The notes under the pieces: model-generated
Told to the model about the DNA's origin: nothing
Databases searched by the model: none
Seen by the model: only the letters and a program-made list of their open reading frames with translations
In this document: positions 1 through 12,700 of the stretch, piece by piece
How the letters are laid out: each line of letters opens with the position of its first letter
Position numbering within the stretch: position 1 is the first letter of the stretch
Program-made: the position numbers and the translations under genes
Assembly: GCF_000485595.1 (NCBI RefSeq)
Contig: NW_014577074.1
Span: 317,936-337,935 of the forward strand
Length of the DNA stretch: 20,000 nucleotides
Reading direction: 5' to 3'
Origin: Priapulus caudatus
Lineage: Eukaryota

Positions 1-1441
1 TTTTTGTCTGTGCCATACTCACACAGAGAACAATATAATATGTATCCTGGTTACTGTTATTTGCAGACAGTGTATTTATGTGAACCCTTTAAATACATTT
101 GTCTTTACAAGAATGAATGGATACAAGTACAGATTTTGGTTCCAGGCCCTAATGTTGACTGTGAAGAATAAGGCATTGAAGTTGTATTTTTGTGAATAAA
201 AAATATGAAACAAATGCCTCTTCCGACCGTGGAACTGCCAGCTTTCATTTACACGTCCGTCTTTTTAAGTCATGTTACAAGACAAGATATTGCGGAGGGA
301 TGTCGTATCCTGTCCAAGTTTTAAGTTACTTGTTAGTAGTACCTGTGTAGGTTTAGTTAGTTATATACTATTGTCTAGTGTTTGAAGTGCAAAAGAAAAT
401 TCCATAGTTCGTACATTCTTGTGCTCCAACGTTACACTCGTGTGCGCATTCGCATGTGTGGCAGAGTTCCTATTTGCATTCGTGTATTGCTATATCATTA
501 GCTATCAATAGTGGTCATGGTGATAAAGTGATTTGGGTTTTAAGGCTGAATTTCAATGTATAAACCGAATTAAAGTGCCACTGTCAGAATGACCAAAACC
601 GTCAGCCAGAGAAATTCATTTATTACAATATAGAACAATCTTTAATTGACCTATCCACCACGAGTGAATGACAAGTAGGTCTAGCCAATCAGTGTTGCAG
701 TAAAAGCATTCTAAACATTGTGCTACTTAACAAAGGGTTGCAAAGACGACAATTTGGTGTGCACTCGTAAAAAATCTGATCTAGCTTGACCACAACGTCA
801 ACAATATCCAAGAAGGGAGGGGTGGTTATCATGTTCAGACGGATAGATCAGAGGAAGGGAAATTGTATTTATTTAACATTATTCATTATTTAAGGTGTCT
901 GATGCATAGATTACTCCATGTGATAGCTCAAAGGTGTCACAAACCTGCACGTCAGAACAGAAATGTACTGAATGTAAAATATATCAAACTTCTTGGGTGT
1001 ATTTACGATTAGTATTTATTGAATGGGTGTATGTAATTTCTAAAGGAACATTATTTAACTAGTATACCAAAGAGTGAAAATATGCTTTTAAGTTTATTTT
1101 TCCGTTTAATATATTTATTTCAGTTCACTATGGACCAAATCTAAGATACTTGTACCAAAGATGCTATTTACAATTTATATAATCTACAGCGCAGATATAT
1201 CGTTGAAGCCTGTATCCATATTTCACATATATGATCAAGTAAATAAATATGTGGTGTCTAAATACCTATTAGTATGGTTAACTTTTTTGTGGAATAATGT
1301 TTTAGGTCACATTTAGGGTTAATTTCAGGTCATTTTTAATTATTGAAATATATTTACATTTGTGTGTCTATCTACATTACGTTTCTTTGCAAGTCTTGTC
1401 TCTTTTATCCCATCATACTTGTTATCCCATATAGCCCACCA

Positions 1442-1746
1442 TCCCTCCCAGCCGGAGCCAACAAGGCATGGCCGACGTGGTTATGCCTAAATCGCATCAG
1501 GACAGGGTTTGGTCGATGCGGGGCACTCATACAGAAATGGGGATACACTGAAGATGGCCCAACCGAATGCGACTGCGGGGAGGACCAATCTCCTGAAATG
1601 CCCCCTATTACCAGAGCCCTGTAGCCCTGGAGACCTTGAGGCTCATGCCGTGCCTGGAGACCGTGCCTGGAGACCATGCCAGGTCATGTGTGCTGCAGTG
1701 GCTAGGCCGGGTGTAGTGTAGTGACCCGAGAAGAAGAAGAAGAAGA
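1442..1746 (+). mobile_element. 5'-truncated non-LTR retrotransposon (LINE) 3' fragment, frameshifted, with (GAA)n tail and TSD
   Basis: Translates W..LNRIRTGFGRC...KWG...CDCG..Q / LLKCP (C-terminal Cys motif of LINE ORF2). (AAG)n tail at ~1729-1748. Direct repeat AGCCCACCA at 1433-1441 and 1747-1755. Confidence 0.85.
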
Positions 1747-2641
1747 AGCCCACCAAAAACAACCTGAAACTACTAATGTAGTGTGCTGACCTTTTATTTG
1801 ATTTAAGAATTTGAACTCAGTCATGTTTTTTGCACTAGGACACTTAGTAAATCAATTATGAACAAATTAATTTTTTTTTTTCACAGCTGTATTACTAGTA
1901 TGTACTAATACATTCTAAAGATGGAACAGTTACATTACCACAATACTATCGATAGAGTATTTAGTACTACATTTGGATGTAAACAAATGCCGACTGCACG
2001 TGAATGTATCAAACGATCCTTTATCATGACAAAGACAACAGCAGGAATGTAAATACGTGATACTAATGATCTAATAATAGGAACAGATGCAACTTAGATA
2101 GCCACCTAACCCATTAACATTAGCAGTACGTAATAGTGGGACCCTCCCTCTATTATGTGCTCTTAATAATCTCCAAATTACACTAAACACAGAAAACTAG
2201 TGCATACCAAAAACCCGATCATGAGAGGCAGACGAAGAAACGTCGACACGAACAAAAACTTTCACGAAACGATCTATATAAAATAAACACGAAGTAATGA
2301 GAATTAGAAGCACATAGCAGCCGCACACGTGCCGTCCTCCCCGCATTTAACGACACCCCACGGTAAAAAACATGGCCGCAGCCCCGAGAGGCGGCCCGGC
2401 CCAATATCAGACACTGACTGCAGAGACATAGCTATTTACATCGTAGCGTGCAGAGCGACCGGTGGGTGATTCGCCAAGTAAAATCGTGCGACTAAGTGAG
2501 TACTGACCGAGCTGAAAAAACTTGTGTGAATAGCATTGCGTGCCGGCGTGCTGCATAAGTTGCTTGTTTGCAATTAAAAATCGGTTTAAGAACGTTGAAC
2601 CGGCCAATGTATCACGCAGAAAACTACACAGGTGCCATCAT

Positions 2642-2668
2642 GCACGCACGCACGCACGCACGCACGCA
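2642..2668. repeat. (GCAC)n microsatellite
   Basis: gcacgcacgcacgcacgcacgcacgca. Confidence 0.9.
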
Positions 2669-3554
2669 TATACACATAAACACCTGCAACACACACGACT
2701 TACACTCGGGGCATCAATCCCTGAAGGTTGGAGACCGACGAGTAGTTAGTTATACGTACGTTGCTCAACAGTTACCACAACGTAGACGGTATGTACATTT
2801 AGCGAGTGCACAGACCGAGTATCCAGAGTACTGAGAACAGAGTACAGAGTATCCAACGAGTTTGTTCACATGCGAGTGTTAGCTCTTCCTGGCAGTGTAG
2901 TCCGCAAGTGAACTTTATGCATTGCTGCACAGGGAGCCTGGTGCCACACCGCCGACCCCGAACACAACACGAGTGGAGAGATGTCGGTACGACACCAGGC
3001 GTCCGCGCGGTCGGAAACATTACAAACGGTCACGCCGTCACAAACCTACGACGTCATCAACTCTTGGCAGGTGGAGCGCAAAATTTATGCCGTTCAAGGC
3101 TTGCGACGTTGAAACCAATTACAAATTTTCAAACAGCGAACACTGTATAATTAAACATTAACGAACCGAGACTCGCTCTATGAGTGAATCCGACTCGTGT
3201 ACGTAAAAAACGTTTAACACGTCGGATCAAGAATTCACGCTTCTCCCAGTGTGTCATCCGACGTTCTCTAAGAACATCCAAACGAACGAGCAATGGCGTA
3301 ACGAGCGAATTATACAACCCATCCAAACATCTACTGTTCAAAATTCAAAGATTGGTCTCAGAAAAACGCCGATTATCTATAGAAAATGACGGGGTAATCT
3401 GTAAAAACGAGCGTTTATCAGCAGAAAACGACCGATTATCAGTACACTGTTTAAGCTGTGTCGTGCCCGGACTGACAGCTGTTTACACGGCTGCCTGTAT
3501 AAGCCCTTTTGCACACCGACCTCGCACTCACTCGACACAGGCAGGCGGAGTTGC

Positions 3555-3710
3555 CTAAAAGTCGCTGTCGCCATCATCGTCGTCGAACTTGTATTTCACA
3601 GGTTGCCGAGACCGACCCGGCCGTTCCTTCGCTGCCACGTTTTTCAGTATGTTGTCAAAGTCTTCGTCGTCGTCGTCGTCGTCCGATGTTGCCTTCTTCT
3701 TTGGCTTCTT
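3555..3710 (-). CDS. TOP2: TOP2 terminal coding exon KKPKKKATSDDDD...RPGRSRQPVKYKFDDDDGDSDF*
   Basis: tttcag|AAG; stop TAG at 3555-3557; R.R.PVKY + acidic tail + terminal F resembles the vertebrate TOP2 C-terminus. Confidence 0.92.
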   Translation of the reverse strand, partial: KKPKKKATSDDDDDDEDFDNILKNVAAKERPGRSRQPVKYKFDDDDGDSDF

Positions 3711-6700
3711 CTGAAAGGTGAAACAACCGGATGTTTGGAGGCACAACAACAACTTGGAATAATAAGTTTACCAGATGTCATGGTAACAGTGGATGAATTC
3801 AAATCTTTTAGCCTGCTAACGACATTTATCTGCATAAATCAATCTATCACTCTAAGCGCACATCTAGCCTTGTCACTTTGCCAAAGGTGGCCCATAAAAT
3901 TATAGGTGGACAAACAAAACTAACAACACAAGCAACGAGAGTGCTAGGAGAATAAACAAGTGCCGCAGTGCGACAGGGCTCATCTGGTGTCTGGTGTTCT
4001 GCTGATAAATTCATTTGTGCATAGCAAGACGTCTTATACATAAGACCTCAAATTTCGGCACAGTGATGGATTTTCCTACCATGATGCTATACACCGACTA
4101 TCACGAGCCTAGGTCGAGCCGTTTAGATTTGTGCCGCAATTCTGCATTTCCTTCCTATACCTTAAGTTAAGGAGGGAATGTTCCCCCTTCTTTTACACCT
4201 CTTGACCTTTGACCCCCAGCCTCGACATCCCAACTCGTTTTCGGATTACCCCCCCACGTCCCGAATATCGTGACCGTACGCAGAGCGGCTAAGATTTGTG
4301 CCCAACTGTTGACGCACGGATGCACGCTCATGCGATTCTACAAGCTGCATCTGACTATGTCAGATGAGCTAAAAAGTATCTAGCTATCATTCTAAGCACA
4401 CACCTAACCTCATCTCGTTTCAAAAAAGGTGCACATAAAATAATGTGCAAACAAACAAAAACAAGATGCTAGAAGAATATCAAAACCACGTATACATCTA
4501 ACTAGTACTCTAAACAACACGCTACAGCTCCAGCGCCATGCTAGCTTTACCTCTTTTAATAAGTTGTGGCAAATATAACACCATGCAAGCAAAAAAACAA
4601 ATACAAAAAGGCAATGCACAAATTACCGCACCTTTGGCGGTGCCTTTTTCTTCGGACTGAATGCGATGTCCGACGCGCTGTCGCTGTCCACGGCTGGCTT
4701 CTTGGTCGCCTTCTTACGCGGCGCCGCAACCTTCTTTGCCTTCGGTACGACCTCCTCCTCCTCCTCGCTGGAGTATAGGAACTTCTTTCCCGCCGGCTTC
4801 TTCTTGGCATGTACTTCTGAAAATACGTGAAACTCAATGATTATGCGTGCAGTTCATAGCCGTGTCACGCCTTTACACACTAACTATGCTGGTTTGCTAG
4901 TCAACAAACAGCTACAGAAGGGGAATACTACAAATAAATTAATATATATATCTATCTACATATATTGTATATATATATATATATATATAGGAAAAGAGAG
5001 AGGGGGGAGAGAGGGAGGGGAATGGGAGGGAGGGAAAAATAGAGAGAGAGAGAGAGAGATGACCTTTCTGGGTTTCCGTGCAACACAATAAACAGACAGC
5101 GCGCGACGCTCACCTTGGACCGAGTCATCGGAATCATCCGCCTTTCTCTTTTCACTCAACTTTCCCATTGACAGCAAGATGCTCGGTTGCTTGTCATCTG
5201 CATAGAGACAAGACCTTCTGAACACCCACCTCAACAATTGCTCAGCAGAATTTCACCGATCGCAATAATTAAGAATTTGAAAACAAAAATCCCAGAAATC
5301 TGCAGACGATTCCCATGCCTAAACTGAGGATGTTAATGTCACTTGTATGGAATTATCTCGGACCATGCTTTGAAGCTAGCGTACCTTTCTTGGCGGGTTT
5401 GGATTGACGATTCACCTTCTTCTTCTCATCTTTGTCAGCTTCAGTAAATCGTAAAAAAATCACGCAACTATATAACATTACAAAATGCCAAAACAAGGGA
5501 AACGATTGAAAATACATTTGATTATTACAATTGAGGACTAGTGAGTGAATTCATATACACCTATTATTATCTATAAACAATTGTTACACTCACCTGTAGC
5601 TAACAGCACTACATAAATGCAGTTATCTTACCTTGTGTATAATTCAAGCACAGCAACAGTAGGGACAGTGATTTTCCGCAATCACGGAAAAGGGACGAAA
5701 AACACGGAAACGGCCATTGGAAACGGAAAAACGTAATTTGAACATATTACATGGAAATTTCAATAAAATCACACAAAAACCGTCGACAATAGCATTGGTA
5801 TGATATGGTTTACATTCAGACAAGTTTCAGAGCGAAATTACTTACAATTACGACTTTTAGTAGCCCTGTGTTCATAATTTTATTATGAACACATTACCCT
5901 ACAGGTTCTTTCAAAGTAGCCCTGTGTTTCATAATTTTAGTAGCCCTTTGTTATTTTGTTAATTTTAGTAGACTTTTAGTAGCCCTGTGTTCATAATTTT
6001 ATTATGAACACATTACCCTACAGGTTCTTTCAAATGTTGTACCAAATACCTTTTTTTTCATGCAAATATATGTAAACGGAATTTTGCATTTTTTGTGTGT
6101 ACAATCTCTATGGCAAAACGGAATTTCCATTTTTTCTTTACTTTGAAACAGAATTCGCGATTTTTCCAAACGGAAAAGGGAATTTTTTTGAAACGGAAAA
6201 TCACTGTCCCTACAACAGGCAACAGCAAGATCAGCAGTTGGCAATAAAGTGCCTCAATGGTGACAATGTGGCACGTGCGCGAGAAACAACTTAAACTGGC
6301 CTAGCTTGACCGACCACATTATGTGCACTGTCATTAGAACATATTTACTTTGTAAATATAACGAACTAACCACGACCACCAACATACCTGTCTTAGATTT
6401 CGGTCCCGCAGTTTTCTTTGCAGCACCTGGCAAATTAAGATGACAAAGGTAAAACATGTTTATTGCAGTAAGTTGCGACAGACTAAACACCCCTGGTCAT
6501 TCACGCTCAAGTTTGCTTTAGTAATTAAAGTCTTCCCCTCTCTTCTGCACTGCCTTTCACCTAAAAAAGGTCCAAACCATAAATTTTTCTCGGGTTTAAG
6601 AAAGGAGAAGGGTAGTCATTGCAAAATCTTTGTTTGGTGCTCTCTGGTTGCATTCTCAGCCTTATATCGAGAGAAAATGTTTCAAATAAAATAAAATTTA

Positions 6701-9700
6701 TCTAAATATAGAAAAAATACCTATTCATCGGAGAATTTTTGTTCTGGCGGGATATCTGAAAAGGAGAGCGTAATCTACCCGACCATCGCAATGCCCGACT
6801 GCGGTGCTGTACCTGTCGGCTTCGACGCCTGAGGAGAGACTCTGTCCATGAGCGAGGGGAAGTTTGCCTCCTCGTCACTGTCACTGGGGATGTTCTCGAT
6901 GAGATTCGCCACTGAAACGCAAAACAACGCACGAATTCAGCACCTAGCGCATGAGAAACGTTATACACTCGAACCTCTCAATCTGGGTTCATTCAAAATA
7001 AACCCTAAGTGTATTTTCTACACAGCTGTTCATACTATAGAGGTGGTTGCACCGTATAACTGCCACTTATGGGAAATTACAAGCGTGTTACCATTAATAT
7101 TACAGACTAGCTCTATGCAGAGCATGTTAATTAAAAATCACCTTTCTTCCGTGTTTCTTCTGCACTACTGGGAGCAGCAATACCACTTATGCTGTCATCA
7201 TCGTCGTCATCAATCAGAATTGGAGCTGCTTTCTTCTGCGGAGCCTTCCTCGGCGACCTGATAGCAACCATCAACAACTAATGAAATCCTTATCAACAAA
7301 TAATCAATCATTAACAATGTGCAGTTTCCATTTATTCACACACTTTATATGCAAGATGACGGTAAAAAATGCCAACAGCAATAATGCTAAATAAGCACCG
7401 ACATACAGTTAAATACCATTTCACTAATGCAACGTGCAAGAGGGTTCACACACATGAAACATAACTATTTTCTAAGACCTCTTACAAATCTCTGCATTGG
7501 AGTTTGAGTAAACGTGTGCACAACCACGAGCGTAAGTCACCACCCTGTTTGTTCCCAATGAGGTTCACTAGCTCACATCTAGCAATGCTGCGAACAAGCC
7601 TTAAGGAAACACGTTTCTTTGCGGCACTGCTTAAACTGGGAGGTCGATAGCTCCGACCGTCAGTTCTGACGAGCGCCAAATACCAATGATTCCCTCGCCA
7701 CATGTCCGCTGCGAAGTCACGCATGCCTACCCTCTATCCACGTGCATTTATTATTATTAATATTATTAGTTACCATTATATTTTCAGTATTATTAGTTTT
7801 AATTACTTATATTATTTTTATTACATTTATTGCAAACGAAATTCAACTAAAAATTAAGGGAAAATTGAACTGAAATTGAACATTTTTTTAGAAGATGGCC
7901 ACTGATACAAACACGTTATTATTAATTCTTATAATTAACTACTATTACTAATTAACAATTAATATTATGTTTATTAAATATTAATGTTTACTAACATCAG
8001 GATTACGTACACGCCTAAAAGTAAGACATTAACATTAGTAAACATTAATAACGAACAATAAGACCCACAAACGTTTACTAATAAAATCACGACAGACGCA
8101 CCTCGGCTTGGCGACCTTCCGTGGACTCTTGGCTTTCGTCGGCATGAAGTCGTCGTCGTCAGTACTGTTTGCGTCGTAATCGTCCTCGCTCGGCAGCGGA
8201 GACGTGATGTTGTCGCCGTCGTTGTCGTCGTTGTCGTCGCTGCCTCGCTCGTTGCCACCATCCTCGTCCTCGTTGTCACTGAACGTGTACTTGGCCTTGG
8301 CAACTGCGCGAAAAACCAGGCGAGTTATCAATATAATTAATATATAATAGCTTATTATAATATTGCTACGATGCACTGCAGCATTAATCCACTCATCTGT
8401 CCAACTGCCCAACTGTGATAATCATGCTCCACTCCTGGATATCGTTGCTAGTTGCATTTCGCAAGACGGGTTTTGGCGGATTTTTCGTCAGCGCACGCGA
8501 AATTGCCGATGTCGTTACTTGCAGACTGCCGGACTTCGTTACTAAGCAGTGTTTTTTAGAATGCTTCTAACGAAACAATGGCTGGTTAGAGCTACCGTCC
8601 ATCACTTCAGGCAGAGAGTTCAACTACATTAGAGGAATGCATCGACGTGAGTTAAAGGTTAGAGAGAACAGACACACGATTCCAGTGAGAACCACGCGTA
8701 GGTAGGAGATGCCGCATGGTGCTGATAATTTCGGATAACACACAGCGACTCACCGGCCGCCCGCCGCTCGGTCTTTTCTCTCGGTATGATGATCTCCTCC
8801 TCTTCCACGATCGGAGGTTTCTTCAATGGCTTGAAGCTGATCTTCGGTTGTTTTGCGTCCTCTGCAAACACAGGACACAAACACATTAAACGTGTGTGCA
8901 ATCAAAATGAACGAAAATATGATAAATACATTGATATGTAATAAAATAATGTAAATACATATTACACACATACACGCACACATATATATAATAAAAGGTC
9001 AACGTGAAGAGCGTCAGTAGTATTAGCACAGTAGTATTCAGTCATCAGCACGGTCTGTTCATTACCAAGGAAATGAGACATTTTGCATGGTTCAACACAT
9101 ATTATTATTATTGTTGCTGTTGTTGTTGTTGCTACAAAATAACTAATAAAATTAGTTTCACAGCAAACATTATTTTTATTATTTTTATTAAAGACATTAT
9201 TCTACATGGCAAGACAACAGGCCATGTAACTACACGTGTACGTATAATGTTGGAATCCGACAAACAAAATCGAAATGACGATGAGATTATTTTACTTGCC
9301 TTTGGGTTTGCGTACTACTTTCTTCGTCTCTAGGCGCTCACTCAGTGGCTTCATCTCTCCATCGTCGCCGTTAGCAACCTTGGTGCTCTCCTCATCACTG
9401 CCTTCTCCGTCGAATTCCAGCTTCACCATTGTCTTCTTCGCCTGCGACATTCGTAATAAAACAAGCGTACATTACCGAAGCTTTGCTACCTGACTGACTG
9501 ACAGGGTTACTTGAAGCATTGATAATTTTGTATTTATTCAGCACGCATCCCCTGCCAGGTGGATTCTGCTACGGAATGGCCTTTCTGAGAAGTCTGTTAC
9601 GACGAACGAAAAGATGAAAGAAAGGTGGCAACATTGCTAGTTAAATTGACTACGTCACGAATTTTCCATGGTAAAATTTGTTGCCATTTTTGTTGCCATT

Positions 9701-12700
9701 TTTTTACATTAAAAGTAAGAACTAACGGGACTAAACGTATCGTCAAATTCTTACCTGATAAGATTGTTTCTCAACTAGTTAAAAATCCAAAAAACCTGGA
9801 CGATTTGATATTGTGTTCCTGACATTAATTGCTTGCTATGGGCTATGTATGAGACACGAGTGTATGTTCACATCAAACAATATAGTAAAATAAGAAGTAT
9901 AATGCAGCAATTATACCATAAAAGTGAACAGAATTACTTATATTTTGTGAACAATTGGAAATATTTTTTTAATTTTTTACTATTTACGGTGACGTAATCA
10001 CTTTAATGGAACACAAGCAACGACGATACGTGAATTATATAATTCACTTGATGTTCTCTAGACTAAGAAATATATTAATAGTATATTATATTGTATAGGA
10101 TTATATTACCTGTCTTTATTTATATAATGCTCATTTGATGCTCTCAAGAATAAGAAATATATTAACTAGTATATTGTATTGGATTATATAGCCTGTCTAT
10201 CTTTGTACAATGCTTTTTTGACGTTCTCAAGAATAAAAAATATATTAAATAATATGATATATTGTATTGTATTATATTACATATTATGTCTATAATTGTA
10301 TAATTAACTTCTGATGTTACCTTAGCTCTACCCTTCACTTCGTTGGCCATCGCTGCTTTCTTCCTTAGTTCAGCATCGATTACGGGAACCACTCTCCGAC
10401 CCATTGGAGACGGCTTAGTCTCTTCTTTGTTACACTTCTTCACCTGGAGATTTTAGTGCCAATCGATATGTGAAATGTTATTAGGGATGTGAATAGGGAT
10501 AATTTTTCTAATAAGACTATAGCATAAAGAACGACCAACTTTATTCTCTGTGTAATATATTCGTTCTAGTGCTTTTCTTGTTAATTCTTTAAAGGATCTC
10601 TCTGTAAAGGATCCTCCAGATTTCTTTGTAGACATATAGCATTAACTATATATTATACAATTAGGAATATCTTTATTACTTACTAACTTTATTTCTTATA
10701 ATTTATGCTATTAAAATAACAAGAATGAAGCCATCAGCTACTTCTTAATGATTCATTTGGTGATTAAACCCCATGCATATCTGTGAAGTATAGGGTTTAA
10801 CCGTTTATCAACACCTTCCATAGCCAGAGCATTGTTCAGCCACTACCTACTGACACTCACCTTTGCAACTCTCCCCTTGGCAGTCTTTTTCGTCTTTGTT
10901 ATACCAGACTGTTCATCTTCCAGTTCCCTTGCTTCTTGTTTCTAGAATCAAGTAACGATTGTCATGAATTAACTCAAATGATACATGGCCAAATATGCAA
11001 CCAAAGCAAACTTACCACAAAAGCCACCTCATAAGTACCTTTAATAATGATATTATATATATTATATGTATTTTTTTTAAATAATTTACATTATTTTTTA
11101 ATTTAATCAATTTTTTAACAGAACATTTTCGTAAAATTATTTTGTTTTTTTCTAGTTCATACGAATGTTTGTAATTTTTTTATCTCATACTTACCTTTAA
11201 TTTTTATCAAATTTATAATGTAAACAGCCATTTACACATCTCCCCGGAATTCGCTAACATGGCAACAAGCATGTGTACTATCTATCTCCCATCACCATGC
11301 TGCTCAATGCCAGTAGAGCGCAGTCCGCCTCAAGCACGTAATATTATAATTACGTAATATAACAATATTGTATATTAAACTAATATAACACTATGAATAA
11401 TGAGTTGTGTGCTCGTGGCGTGTAAACCTGCACAATATATACTACGGCGCACTTACGTCTAGTTCCTCGAGGAAGGCATCCAAGTCCTCGACCCAGAGGT
11501 CGGCACCCGACTTCCCACGCAGCACCATGAGCTCAACCGCCTAAAACACACACAAACACAAGCACGTCGGTCACACAGTCAATCCTCGTTAACGCCACGT
11601 TAAAACGTTGTCACCATGAGACCGACCTGTCAGCCTATGCGCGATTCACAGGCAGCTCTAGCCAAGACGAGACGTTCGAAAATGCAGTGCTTACAGTTGA
11701 GATTTTGGTACGAATATGTAAAAACGCATATAAACTGGTTCAGCTTGACCAATCAAGTAATAATATATCAAAGAGATTAATAGGTTCTATCACAGTATGA
11801 GCTTGAGATGGGATATCTCACCCGAGTTATAGATATCCCATCTCATACGAGCGTAGCGAGTATGAGACGAGGTTATCTATAATGAGGGTGAGATATCCCA
11901 TCTCAAGCTCATACTGTGATAGAACCTATTTCTCGCATACTTTTCTTCTTCTTTTTTATACAAAATTTCATTTCAGTTCAATAGTAATTCAATATTTTGC
12001 AAAATTTTCAATTTATTATTTTTATTTATATATATATATATATATTTTTATTTTTTTTATTAATTAATTTTATGAGTATTGATTGGTCAAAAACTGTAAA
12101 GGTGACCTTTGACCTTAAGGAAAATCATTGGATTAAAAAGTAGTGCGAGATAAACCCATCTCGGGGTCTGCAAGTTATCCCGAGGATTTATCTCGTTGGC
12201 TATCTCAGGGGATATCTCATACCTAGTATGCGAGAAGTGGTTATCTCACTCAGACAGATAGGGCAATTGAGTTACGAATGAGTGGAGCTACTCTGAAACA
12301 CCCTCAAAAAGCATGTATCAGATTACATTAGACTTGGATTATTACGATATGATTAAATACGATGACAAGATTATTAATTTTCATAGTAAAATCGTCAAAT
12401 ACATCGATCCAAAACATCCTATAGGAAACACACATAGGAACGACGATTCTTTGTTGCTATTGCTTACGCTATAGCAATGGCTACGAGACTTTTTAATTTT
12501 ACAATCACTCCATTTAATTTTAATCTGTTAGCAACAGTTCAGACAACTGTTCTAGCTGTCTTTGTCAAGCTGAACGACTTAATGGAATCGGCAGTAAAGA
12601 AATGACCGTCACCTTGTCATTCTTCTTCTTCAAGATTTCGTCTTTCCTCTCCTTGGTGAGATTCCACATTGACATGCCGACGAGGTAATCGTAGTCCGGA

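Noticed and set aside
1..1340. Possible 3' UTR of a convergent plus-strand gene or TOP2 polyadenylation sites (AATAAA near 195; TTTATT near 619 and 1793)
   Set aside because: Hexamers are expected by chance in AT-rich DNA; no coding exon is visible to anchor the call.
2219..3161. Cluster of short ORFs downstream of TOP2
   Set aside because: No recognisable motifs, overlapping frames and microsatellite content; likely 3' UTR or intergenic.
4556..4837. Arg-rich protamine-like ORF
   Set aside because: Alternative frame of the Lys/Glu-rich TOP2 exon 4632-4816.
5114..8861. PIP-box-like QxxI motifs (KQPKISF, KQPSILL) in the CTD
   Set aside because: They lack the canonical paired aromatic residues; too weak to call from sequence alone.
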